Origin: Paragordius varius
Lineage: Eukaryota; Animalia; Nematomorpha
NCBI GenBank assembly: GCA_964247055.1
Contig: OZ176058.1
Location: forward strand, 2,108,001 to 2,172,000
Reading direction: 5' to 3'
DNA length: 64,000 nucleotides
Shown: in pieces, positions 1 to 12,599 of the stretch
Layout: every line of letters begins with the position of its first letter
Numbering within the stretch: the stretch's first letter is position 1
Program-made: the position numbers and the translations under genes
The notes under the pieces: model-generated
Told to the model about the DNA's origin: nothing
Seen by the model: the letters and a program-made list of their open reading frames with translations, nothing else
Databases searched by the model: none

Positions 1-470
1 ACACAAAATTTGTACAAAAAATTTATTTGCATGAATAACAAAAGTCTAGGCATTAAATAAGATACTAAACAAGCTAAGAGCCATAGAATTAAAAATCTAA
101 AAGGGCTTATGTATAGAGCTTTGCATATCCCCAAGCGATCCTATAATTATGCCACATATGGCAAAGATAACAATAAGTAAAATTGACATGTCAAATTACC
201 AATTCACAGAATAAAGTTTGATAAATTCTACAATTAAATCGAATAAATAGATTAGGTAAATACAAATGGTCCAATTCCATCACAGTAAATTCTACTAAAA
301 GTGGCTACACAACATCCATCTGAAATTCAAAAATAAAACAACCAATAAATTTAAAAAATACAGTATATCCCCTAGGAAAAAATAAAGGATTTTTTGTAAG
401 AATCAACTCAAAAGTAAAGCCTAATAACTACTCGAAAGAACGAAAAATAACAAAAAAAATATAGCCTATC
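1..470 (+). mobile_element. Possible decayed Penelope-like retroelement RT C-terminal fragment
   Basis: Stop-interrupted frame ...LYKKFICMNN...AKSHRIKNLKGLMYRALHI... loosely resembles the PLE 'YRK...HP..K...L..RA..I' segment; weak. Confidence 0.3.
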
Positions 471-1056
471 TAAAAGCCGAAGGTTTAAACCATGGAATGC
501 CTTTTTTAGTATTTTTTTAAAAATTTTTTATACGTATTAAAAATTCACTTGAAGGAAAAAGGCGGAATTTTGGCGTTTAAGTCCGTACTATTTTTTTCTC
601 TCTGATATTTAAATGACATATTTATATTCAAAAGATAGAGTTTAAAACGCTTTATTAAATGATATTAAGTTTATAATATAATAACATTTTATTATAAAGT
701 TATTTTCGATTTTCTCTCGATTTTCTCTTGTTTTTGAAAAATTGAAAAACCTATAATATTTCAAAATCCTGATTGGCGGGATCAAAAAATTTTTCAGATT
801 CGGTTTTAGAACACTGAAATCAGTCATAATTTAAAATTTTGAGTGGTGGTGCTCGAAAATGTCCAAATTTGTCGACTAGTGATATGTAAATAACTAACTT
901 AAGAGAGATTTAAACTACATAGTATCAGCAAATTATTGATGTTTGAATATTTTAAGATCAGATGTTTATAATAATCGGTTTTTGCTTTCCAAATTTTAGA
1001 CTCTATTAAAAAACTTTAAAAATATAGTTTTTTATCTAATTCAGGAGAACAATGCT

Positions 1057-1102
<46 letters not shown>

Positions 1103-2057
1103 TCAAAACTTAAATCAATTTGAAATTAAGCTTGGGTAAAAATTAACCCAAAGTGGAATAGCCTACAAAAAGGGTAATAAATTCATAAAAAAAATTTAGA
1201 AAATATTTAAAAAATATCAAAACTCGGCGGTTTTAAAATTATTTTGAAGGAAATTACTTATAACGGATGCCGGTTTACATGAAATTTCCACACCCCCAAA
1301 AAAATGTGTTAGCACAAGAATAATAAATAGACAATTCAATTTCATAGTTTTAAGCACCATACTTTAGAATAATTTTAAAGTTTTTTAATTTTTTTAAACT
1401 AAAAAAGCAAAAAAAAAATAAATATTTGACAAAAACTGTGTCACATCTATAACAATGCGGACGGCAGGCTAGGTTATATTGCTTTTTTTATAACCAAAAA
1501 ATGTGCAGTAAAAATGAAATTATACGGACAAAATGTACAAATATAAAGACCTTATAAATGTAAATTTTTTAAAAATAACTCATTTTTTAAATATTAAACT
1601 CTAAGATAGAGCTATTAAGACTAACACAATCAATTTTTTATTTTACAATTCTAACTAAATAGCTTATATAAGAAAAATTAAGGTTTTAAAAAGTATGGGG
1701 TTGTCTTTTGGAAAAAAATATTTGTCTTTCGTTTTATCCGTATAATTTCAATTTTCACTGTAATAAATGAACATTTGACGAGCATTTTAAATCTGAACAA
1801 AAACAAAATTGAGTTTTAACTTTGGACAATATAATAATTAAGTTACTTATTAGTAAATGGCTTCGCGGGCCGCATTTTAAATACATGGTATTCAATTTCA
1901 TTAGATTCCAAACATATTGACTATAAAATGCACAATACAATACAATAATTTTTTTCTAGTTCGTTAACACACCAGTTAAATAGACGACTACAGAAAATTT
2001 GTATAAGAAATATCAATTTTACTAAGATTTTATAAGGGCATATTTTAGAGTATTAGA

Positions 2058-2341
2058 TATACCATTTACGATTCATATTCACCCTTAAACAATACCATTT
2101 ACCTGTGAACAATTCAAATTCACCCTAAAAACAAATTATGTGTTTTTGGGTTAATGTAACTTATTGATGTGAAATATATCTTTTTGGAATTTATTATTTT
2201 TTCAGTATTATTTTAATTTTAAAAAAATTCCTTTTAAAATATATAAAAAATATAGGTAATTTTTAATGTCAAAAAACAATGAATTTATTTTTAGGGTGAA
2301 TTTGAATTGTTCAAGGGTGAATTTGAAGTTTAAATGGTATA
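2058..2341. mobile_element. MITE family D (TATACCATTTAC termini, subterminal about 20-bp AACAATTCAAATTCACCCTT repeats)
   Basis: Inverted ends tataccatttac / taaatggtata. Other copies near 3466, 21724, 23137, 23738, 24156, 24733, 25950, 29657, 35921, 36709, 42150, 50490, 54403 and 56385. Confidence 0.85.
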
Positions 2342-2353
2342 TTTTCCAATTTT

Positions 2354-2381
2354 CGCGGGCCGCGCGTGTTGAACACCCCTG
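2354..2381. mobile_element. hAT-like terminal sequence (CAGGGGTGTTCAACACGCGCGGCCCGCG)
   Basis: Related ends near 35792 (caggggtattcaatacacggcc), 52371, 59555 and 59680. Confidence 0.45.
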
Positions 2382-3128
2382 AACAAAAACTGAAAAATTA
2401 CCGATATGCGATGCAGGATAACACAATAAACCCAACGGAAAAATCATTGTGCAAAGAATAAATATCCAGAATATAAAATTTTTTAAAACCATTTATTTCA
2501 ATATTTGTAAATTTTAGCCCGAAAAAAATGCAAAAATATAGAAAAAATATTTATCTCTCTTATATGTGTGATATACTTGGAAATAAATAATATCACACTA
2601 TATTTTTATATATGTGATGAATAAATAAAAATATAAAATACGTAAAATATTTTAAGAATAGTTCCTTGGTAATTAAGGGGTAGAACATTTTGACTTTTCT
2701 AAAAGTTGGTTTGCATTTTTGTTATACTTAAATTATAATTAATAGACTGCTTTCTTGGAATTTATTATGGTAATTTCCTCTGGCCCAGTAAAACGCAAGA
2801 TATGTCAAAATGGTAGTCTATTAAATGAGCTAAAAACATATTTTTTACAAGAGACATGTTACTAAATTTAGATAAAAACCACACGTTGTCGCAAAATATG
2901 TCCCCAAAATAGAAATATTTTTATAACTTTTCTAGAGCATGAAAATTAACAATGTTATTTATTAGGAGAGCAATTTAATAATTTTAGGTTTTTTGAAACA
3001 TTCACTCGATAGCCAAGTCAGCTTTTTCAAAAGATTATTAAGTATAAAGTGGATAAAAATTTAACAGATGGGAAAATAATTTTGTTATATCGATTTGCTA
3101 ATCACAAATTCAAAATTTTATTGTTAAT

Positions 3129-3373
3129 TACAGTCATGTATCCTTTATTTTATTTAATATTTATATTCTTTCGTTAAATGTGTCGGTATAAATAATTGTT
3201 AGAGAATTGAAAAAACAAGAGCTCTATGGTATTATCATTATCATATTTATCAAAAAAGTATAAGAATTACCATAAAGCTTTATTGTTTTTTCCATTCTTT
3301 ACCAAATATTTATACCCACCCATTTAACGAATAAAAAATAAATTTTTGATAAAATAAAGTATAGATGACTGTA
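3129..3373. mobile_element. MITE family A (fold-back, TA-CAGTCATGTATCC termini)
   Basis: About 100 bp imperfect inverted arms; sister copies at 9575-9813, 35207-35440, about 7940-8172 and a fragment near 27138. Confidence 0.8.
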
Positions 3374-6113
3374 TATCTTCTATCCATTTGTCATGCCAAC
3401 CAGGTGTAATCAAAAGTCCTTACCGGTTAAGCTAAAAGAAGACGTGAGTGAAAAGAACGCAGAATATACCATTTACAATTCAAATTCACCCTTAAACAAT
3501 TCAAATTCAACCTCAATTAAAATATATGTTTAAGAATAACCTCTATTTTTATATATTTTTAAAAAATTAATTTTTTTTATTTAAATTAAACTAAACTAAA
3601 AACATAATAAATTACGCCATAAAGATATATTTGATATTAATAATGAGTTATATTAGTTCGAAAACACACACTTTATTTTTAGGATGAATTTAAATTGTTC
3701 GAGGGTGAACCTACTCCATATCAATCATCTGAAATTAAACTACAAACACTCACAAGATAAGGCAGCCAAAGACTAACGTTTTATTTTTATCATTTAGTAA
3801 TCCTCTCTCAACTTTTATAATCGAAAAAGTTTATACGCGGGACGAACATTGCTATTTAATTTCACCGAGAAAATTATCGTTTGCTGTTTTAGAACATATG
3901 ATTTATGTTTCACGGATAAAAACAGGTGAACCCTGATTTCAAAAATATTAAAAGTTGATTATCTTTTCAATATAAAAATGAGTAGGTTCTTTGCAATCAA
4001 ATATAAGATACTTATTAGAATCAACTTATACTAAACATTAATTTGCATAAGCATTACATGTATGAAAAAAACCATGGTGGTTTTTTTACAAAAAAGTTTT
4101 CCTCTAGTTTTTATCTATATAGGTGATAACTAATAAAATTGGTGATATATTATAAAAATATTTTTTTATTAATTTTTTGGAGATATTTGTCATGTAATTT
4201 AATCAAAATCATAATGAATAAAATATTTTATAGTTAAATAGAGGGCGTTTGCATAAATTTATATTATAATAATAAATATTATATATAAATAAAATAATAA
4301 TTAATTTATATTAATTTTCTGTAAAGCTAAAAAGTTAATTGTAAATTTTTTTAAGATTAATCAATCGTATTTATATTAACAAAAAATTTTAAATTTTACC
4401 GTTCCTTATTATATCACGTGATAAACATATGTTTGAATAGAATTTTTGAAAAATTTTACCCAACCAAAACTTACTTAACAATTAAATTAAAATAATATAC
4501 AGTTATAGAAGTTATGTTAAAACTAAATTAGAATATTTTTCTAAAAAAAATGAGCAAATACTATACTTTCTAAATTTTTAATTTTTTTACATAAATTTTT
4601 ATAAAATTACATTGATAAATTATATTGTAAATCCGATTTTTACAAGTCTATTTCTTATCTTGCAAACGAAACGTTGAGTTCTATTTGTAAAACAATCACA
4701 AGTTTCATATATATTGTTTTGTCTTTTAGTATTGTTGCGTTTTATCTGTATAATTTCAAGTAATGTAGGATCGTTTTATAAAATTTTTATCAACAAAACA
4801 TATTTTGGGGTTAGTTTTGTGTCTTAAGGGTTAATTTTATAAATATTATACTAAAGAGCATTGGATATTGTAAAATAAAATTAGCTAACATAAAATTTTC
4901 GGATTGGGCAAAAAAAACTTTAAATTGATATAAATTTGTAACTTCGTATGAAAAATGCGGATTATAAAAAAAATAAAATTAAATAATTGTTGAAATATAA
5001 TGTTTTAAATTTTGATCAAATGTCTATTTATAATATGAAAGCATAAATTAACTCTCTAGATTGAAGGATATAAACAGTCGGAAATGACTGATGTGCTATT
5101 TATAAATTATATGTTTTATACCGTTTTTTATAATTTAGGGAATACAGTTATGAGAGCTCTTATGAGCCATTCGGAATTTTAATTGACCTAAAAGGAATCT
5201 ATTTTAATTTTCTTATGCATAATTTTTTATTTAATAAGATATCTTAATTGATAATATATGAACAAAACAAAAAATATATGAACATATTTTTTCTAAAACA
5301 CAATACCATAATTTTTTAAATCTAGATTTTGTTTAATTAGAATGGCAAAGTGTGAAATAGAGAAATTACTAACTACATAATCAATTTTAAATTTAAATAT
5401 AATTAAATAGCTTATATATAGGAAAAAGTAAGGTTATAAAAAGTATGGTTTCCTTTACAAAAAAATTCTTGTCTTTATATTTTTACGTTTCATCCGTATA
5501 ATTTAATTTTTTATTGTAATTTTATTCATACATATATACCAACAGATATGTTAATCAATCCGCATTTAACCAATTAAACAATCGAAATAACTTGTGCCTG
5601 TATAATCGAAAAAAATGTTTGCAGATATTTTGTGAGATAATTTTTTTGCAAATATTTTTAAGCGCCTTAAAGGTCATAGATTGGATATAAATTGCATTAA
5701 TATTCTAGTATTAATCAAGATATTATTTATTGTTGAAATCGCCGCGCAAAAATTACCCAAAATAATCAATAAGTGTTAAAGTAAAAATTGAAATGATGAT
5801 AAAATGTGTAATTTATAAAAACAATTTCTAACAACCAATCTTTTTTAACCTTGTATTTTTATATTTTTGAATAGTTTTGTTAAAAAAAGCGACTAAACAT
5901 AATCCCTAAATTATATTTGTATCAAAATATGTTATTAATTTAATTAAATTTAGTTCAATCTTGATTAAGGGCGTTCTAATATAAATTATATTCTACCTAC
6001 ATTACGACACAAGTATTTAAATCAAAATGTCCACCCACATTTTCTATGGTAATCAGGAGGTTATTATTCTTACCTTATTGAACAAAAAATATAAAATTTA
6101 TATTATAAAGCAG

Positions 6114-6404
6114 CAGTGGTTCCCAGCCTTTTTTAGTTAGGTTACGCCCCACCAAATCGAAAAAACTTAAAAAAATACAAATATGAAAGTGCAAAATTAA
6201 TTAAAATATTATAACATTCGTTTTCATCAATAAGATCCTTGAATCTGTAGTTGTGGAAATTTTTTTTCATATCTATGAAAAATCTGAATAATTTACACCT
6301 ACCTTATAAACCTTCATTTTTTGTTTCTAGTTTTATTTTTTAATCAAATTCTTTAAAATTTTTGCTTTGGGGGGGGAGGGGGGTGTTGCCCTTGGGAACT
6401 ACTG
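6114..6404. mobile_element. hAT-like MITE
   Basis: Termini cagtggttccca / tgggaactactg (11/12 inverted match), typical of hAT-type ends; no 8-bp TSD visible. Confidence 0.5.
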
Positions 6405-7254
6405 TAATAAAAATGAGATAAATAAAATGTTCAAAAAAAACAAACACTTATTTTAGAAAATAGGGCATAGATATGCAACTTATAATTAATATTGTGATTA
6501 CTCTAATTTATGTAGGAAATATAAAGGTTTAAAAAGTATGTATGATTGGTTGTCTTTTCAAAAAGTAATATACTTTTAGTTAGGTTTTTATAATTTATTT
6601 ACTGTATAACAATCTCAAGGTAATAAACATTATCTTTTTAAAATATTAACGACCTGGGGACGATTTTATGATGTAAAAAAATATTGGAGCAAAACCGTAG
6701 TACATCATAAATAGATGTATCAGAAATTTTAAAATAAAGCTTAATTAAACATTTTTGCCCTTAAATTATGGTTTGTACTTTGCGATTCAAATAATTACAG
6801 TAAAAATTGGAATTACACGGACAAAATGTAGAAATATATGGACAGATATCATTTTTAAAATGCAACCATACTTTATATATCCCAATTTTTAAATAAACCA
6901 TTGTTTAAAATGGTAAAGTATGAAATAGAGATCTATATTGGAAAAATCAATTACATTATATTATTATGCATTTGTAATTAAGAATTTATAATGGAACAAT
7001 TAAGGTTGTAAAAAGTATGATTGTCGTTTGGAAAAAAATATTTGTCTTTATATTTTTGGGTTTAGTCCGTATAATTTTAATTTTTACTCTAAAAATAAAG
7101 TTGATTCTAGCAAGTTATAAATTATATAATTCCACAAAAAACTTCTGCTAATTTCTGATAAGCAGATGTTTGTAAAAATCAGCTTTTTTAATTTGACTTC
7201 TGATGTTTCAGTATTAGAAATGAAAATTTTTACTACCTTAACACTTGGATACAA

Positions 7255-7820
7255 CACACTCATTTTAGTCCTTCGATTCAAATTGGGGTAGTTGGATACC
7301 CCAGACCCGTTTAAAATCAAATACCTTAAAAAGTATGGAAGGAATCGAAACTATGGCAAAATTTTGCACTTATATAACATTAAAAACCGAAATATATAAA
7401 AAAATTTATTCAAAAATATTTGATATTACTTATTTTAAGCTAAAACCGAAAGGTAAAAATTTAGTCAACGTGACATATGTTCAATGGTAAAATTAAAAAA
7501 TAATCCAAAATAAACCGCTTTTTCTATATCTATCAATGTTAGTTCAATTTAAATAAAAAATTAACTTTAATTTTACCCTTAAAATTAAATGAAGACGATA
7601 TTTTGCAAAAATTTTCTAAAATAAAAATGGCGTCAAAGTAGTTTGACATGGAACTTTTTTTCAAAACAAAATTTTATCAAGATATGTTGGCATATTTATT
7701 TAATTTTTATTAGGATAGAAGCATAAATTTAAATTGAGACCGTTTCCTTCAGTATTTTTTTAAAAATATTATAAATTTAGTCCAGGGTATTTATATACCC
7801 CAATTTGAATCGAAGTGTTA
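7255..7820. mobile_element. About 560-bp non-autonomous element with a 20-bp inverted repeat; second copy at about 31572-32100
   Basis: cttcgattcaaattggggta (7271-7290) is the exact reverse complement of 7796-7815; the internal sequence aligns with 31572-32100. Confidence 0.75.
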
Positions 7821-9574
7821 ATCTGTAAAGTATTTTAATTGTTAATCCATATTTTTTGTAAAATCGATATTTTACAGGCAAAAAGTAAAAATTAAAAGAC
7901 ACGTTTTATTTATAAAATAGCTATTCATGTTTTAAAATATATTCCTTTATTTTATCAAAAATATATTTTCTATCGTTAAATGGGGGGAGGTATAAATATT
8001 TGGTACAAAATAGAAAAAACAAGAGCTCTATGGTAATTCTTATACTTTTTTGATGAATATGTGATAGATATTGTTAATACCATAGAGCTCTCTTTTTTCC
8101 ATTCTTTAACACATAGTTATACCCATTATAAAGAAAATAAATATTTGATAAAATAAAGGATACGAGACTGTAACTCATTAAGGTCAAAACTTAAAATATT
8201 TAAACGTTAATAGTTTGGTTTTTTTATTACTTTAAGCGCCCAATTTTGGATGGGTAATATATATATATTGTGAATAATCGTAAATTTTTGATTGATGTCG
8301 TATTTTTTCTTTTTTTTACATTTTTTTAGAGAACTTTTGCGCGCACTGAGAAAATCGTTTTGGACATCCCTGATCTAAGTAATACCAAGTAGCTAATATA
8401 TATTGTCTTTAATCAATTTTAATGTTTTTTTTTTACATTTATATATATAAATATCATTTTTTTACTGTATAATTTATTTTGCTGTATTTTAGTAACCAGC
8501 CAATTAATAAATAGATGGCATAAACTATACTTACAAATACCAATTTATTAAAATAACTTTTTTTAATCATCTTTGAAATTTATTTAAAATTTATATAACT
8601 TTTTCCCAACTTTTAAACATCAATATTACGTTTGGAAAGTTTGGTAACATGCATGATCCGTTCAGCGTTTTGTATTGAAGCCTTGACGTTAAGGCTATAT
8701 CTATCTTTTCGGTTAATGTTCTTAACAATTTTTGGCTGAGATGCTATTGATCATATTTCAAAAATTAAATTTATATAATAATTTATATTTTTTTAGCAGA
8801 ATACAATTGCAAAATTATGATTATTATTTTTTTGACATCAAAATTTAATTTTTGACAAATCATTTAAAACTCTTTTCAAATAGATGTATATTATGGCAAA
8901 ATACTTATTTTGTTATGAAATTAGGTTTTTTATTTTAACTTTTATCAATCAAATCCTGAATTACTAAATCATTTATTTTATCATTAACCCATTTTCTTTA
9001 TTTAATATAATTATCAATACAGTGAGCATTTTATTATAGTTGCTTATTTCATACTATAGAGTAGGACAATTTGCAACACAGTAGTGTATGGAAAAAACAA
9101 CACAATGTCGAATAAACAATTTATCCTTTTTTTTTTCATACACCTCTGTGTTGCAAATTGCTCAGCTATAGTGTAAAATAAGCAACCATTAAAATGCACA
9201 TAGTGAATAAAATATATACTAAAATATTTAAAATATCAAGCACTTGAACTGAAATGTTACCTTTATTTATTATAAAATCTAGGAAAAAAACTATTTTTAA
9301 TAATGATGCGATATACTTATTATGGATATTTCTTACTTAAGATACCTGCCTGTTGACAATATTTGCGATACATACATTTTATCTATATATATCTATAACA
9401 GTTAAAAATTAAAATTATAACGTTAAAATAAAACGACACATTTTTGAAAGAGCAACTCAAACTTTTAAAATTCGTCTTTCTTCTATAAACCACATAATTA
9501 AAAATAATATAATACAATTTAACGCATTACAAATTACATATCTATTTCCCATTTGGCAGTCAAAAAGGATGATT

Positions 9575-9813
9575 TACAGTCATGTATCCCTTATTTTATC
9601 AAAAAATTATTTTCTTTCGTTAAATGGGTATGAATATTTGTTAAAGAATGGAAAAAACAAGAGCTCTATGGTATAAATAATATCATATTCATCAAAAATG
9701 TATAAGAATTACCATAGAACTCTTGTTTTTTCCATACTCTAACAAATATTTATACCCCCCAAATTTAACGAAAGAAAATAAATTTTTGATAAAATAAAGG
9801 ATACAAGTCTGTA
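9575..9813. mobile_element. MITE family A copy
   Basis: tacagtcatgtatccc...ggatacaagtctgta with internal gagctctatggta / taccatagaactc arms. Confidence 0.8.
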
Positions 9814-10442
9814 TATGTAAATCAAAAATTAAATATTAAGTATGATGATTAATAATAACAAGAGGTATTATGCTAACATGTTGATAAAAACCACTAAATA
9901 TATGGGTTTAGATACCATCTCTCACAGATTAGTATTTAAAAGTATAATTTGGCATATCTAAAAAAAATAATCAATCGAATTTTGATGGGCTTATACAATC
10001 TGACAATTATACTCAATTTATAGTTGGTCCATTCTCATCCCGTTTAAAAACTCTATATCTAACACAGATATGTAGGGCCTTTATCATTAGCCCAAAATAT
10101 ATATCATTTTTCAAGCAAAGGGAACATTTATTCCAGCAAACGCAACATTTTTCAAGCAGGGAAAACTGAAAAAATGTTGCATCTCAAAAAATGGACTGGA
10201 TAAAAAATGTTGCCTTTGACTTACGATTGATATTACCCTTTGCCTAAATATAATCTGTCTTTTTAGTCAAAAGCAACATTTTTTCAAGCAAACGCAGCAT
10301 TTTTTTTCAAGCAATAACAATCGAAAAAATATTGTGTTTGAATAAAAAATGATATCTCACCAATAAAACACATAATCTTGTTTCATTCCATCTCGAAAAA
10401 TATTACTATTCAATAAACCATATTAGAGTATGAGTAAGTATA

Positions 10443-10961
10443 TATACCATTTGCACTTCAAGAGTGTCCTTGAACACTTCAAGAGTCCTTTGACTTTTTT
10501 GTTTTGTTTTAATTTTTATCAATCAAATCGTCAATAATTTATCTATTTTATTGTTTAAACCTATTTTCAATTATTTAACATAAATTTTAAATCGTTGATC
10601 TAAGAAACCGTATATCTTTATTAATTACTTAAAATAATCCTGGATATTTATAAGATTTTAACACGAAATGAAAAAATATATAAGTTTTCTGAGTTATTAA
10701 TTAAAATTTTTCATTAAAAACATTTAAACAATAATTTTGTTCACTTAAAAAAATAGTTTGAAACAAAAAAGTGGTTTTTCAATAAATTTTTTTATTTTTA
10801 AATGAATAAATATATAATAAATAAAGAAAATTAGGTTAATAAATAATAAATAAATGCAAAAATTATGTTAAATCAAAATTTATAAATTTTAAGGACCAAC
10901 TTGATATGTTCAAGGACCAACTTTAAGTGTTCAAGGACACTCTTGAAGTGCAAATGGTATA
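10443..10961. mobile_element. MITE family E (TACCATTTGCACTTCAAGAGTGTCCTTGAACAC TIR) nested in the left end of a family-G element (about 10425-11392)
   Basis: More than 30 bp of perfect inverted termini. The interrupted G terminus agtatgagtaagtata|tattgctagaaag is intact in the G copy at about 39875-40070. Confidence 0.85.
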
Positions 10962-12599
10962 TTGCTAGAAAGTAACTTATCAATGCCATGAAATAGCATA
11001 TTCAGCATTGCAAAGAGAATTATTATTGGCAAATATTAGTAAAAAGTGAAGAATAACTATAAGCCAATAATAAATCCTTTTAATATTGTCAACGAGAACG
11101 AATATTTTATGTTAAAATGATAATTTAAATATTGTCGTAAAATTTATTAAATTTAACTATATATCCAAAATTTTAGATAAATGGAAGTATCTTTTTCAAT
11201 GGATTAACTAAAACAAAATAATAATAAGATATAATTAAAAAAGCAAAATTTGAAAAAAAATGTATCGAAAATTTTGGATATAGTTAAATTTAATAAATTT
11301 TACGAGAATTCAAATTATTATTTAAATAATTCCTTTTTTTGGCAATAATTTATAACTTTCTAGCAATGTATACTTTTACTCATACTGTATATTGGGTTAT
11401 TCAACATATCATGATGTTGGTTAATTTTCAATATTTGTGTTATATAAAATAAATTTTGTCCATAATTAAGTAAACTTAAATACAACTAGATTTTGTTTTT
11501 TATTAACTGCAACAATTTTCACAAATTGTAAGCAAATTTATTAATTATGATCAGAGTTTTAAAACATTAATTAATGATTTCCATTTAAAAGACACAGAAA
11601 ACATATCAATATTATGCAATAATAAATAGCATTTGACCTACACAAGTATGCAATAAGTAAGCTTAAAAAAATAATAATTTATACGCAAAAAAATTCGTAA
11701 TTTAGCAACATTATTAAGTAAAAATTGTGATATTAACTGAGTTTAAAATGACTAGTTAATTTTTTGACTTAAAAAGGTGTTTTTGAAAAAAAAACATTCA
11801 AAATATACATTAATTGCTTAAATTAAATATTTGAAAAATCAAATCAAAAATTTTAGCACAATATCAATAATTAGTAGTTAGATATGGCAATATAAAATAA
11901 AAATTAGAGTATATTGGGGGTGCATTTTAAAAGTGTACAGTGATTTCTAGAATTACATTTGATGATAATTGATTGCTTGTATTTATAAGTTGAAAATATT
12001 TGATATATGCGCACAGAGAATGTGATCTAAAAAAAAATATAAATATTAAATTAATAAATATTATTTATACTAAAATCATAAACTAAAATAGTTTTTAAGG
12101 AAAAATTATAAATTTTGAAACATTACAATACAATCCCAATTTTAAATAATTTTAACTTTTACAAAACCATTTTTTTCTAGCCAAAAACTCAAATCATCAA
12201 ATTTTACAAAAATTTGCAATAAAAACTATACTTAAATAAGCATTATTGATTTATAAAATCAAGAACTTTAAATATTTTAATTTTTTATAATTAACACCTA
12301 TATTTACTGAAATTTATCATTTTTTTAAACTTTTAAAAAATCATAAACCATTTAAATCAGTTTTCTATAAAATCAGTAAAATATATATACTTTTTTTAAT
12401 AATTTACAACTCTCAAAATTTTAGTATTAAAACTAACAAATAATTCACTTAAATTTCAAGCATTCATCATAAACTCAATTTTTAAAAACCAAATAAATTG
12501 CTTTAAATCGGTCAAAAATGACAAATTTTTCATCAAAAAAAGTCAAAATTTAACCATTTTTTTCCATTTAAAAAAACTTATTTTCCTGTCAAAAGACTT

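Noticed and set aside
3391-3450. Short plus-strand ATG...GAC|GTGAGT candidate first exon (MPTRCNQKSLPVKLKED)
   Set aside because: No recognisable homology and no downstream partner exon found.
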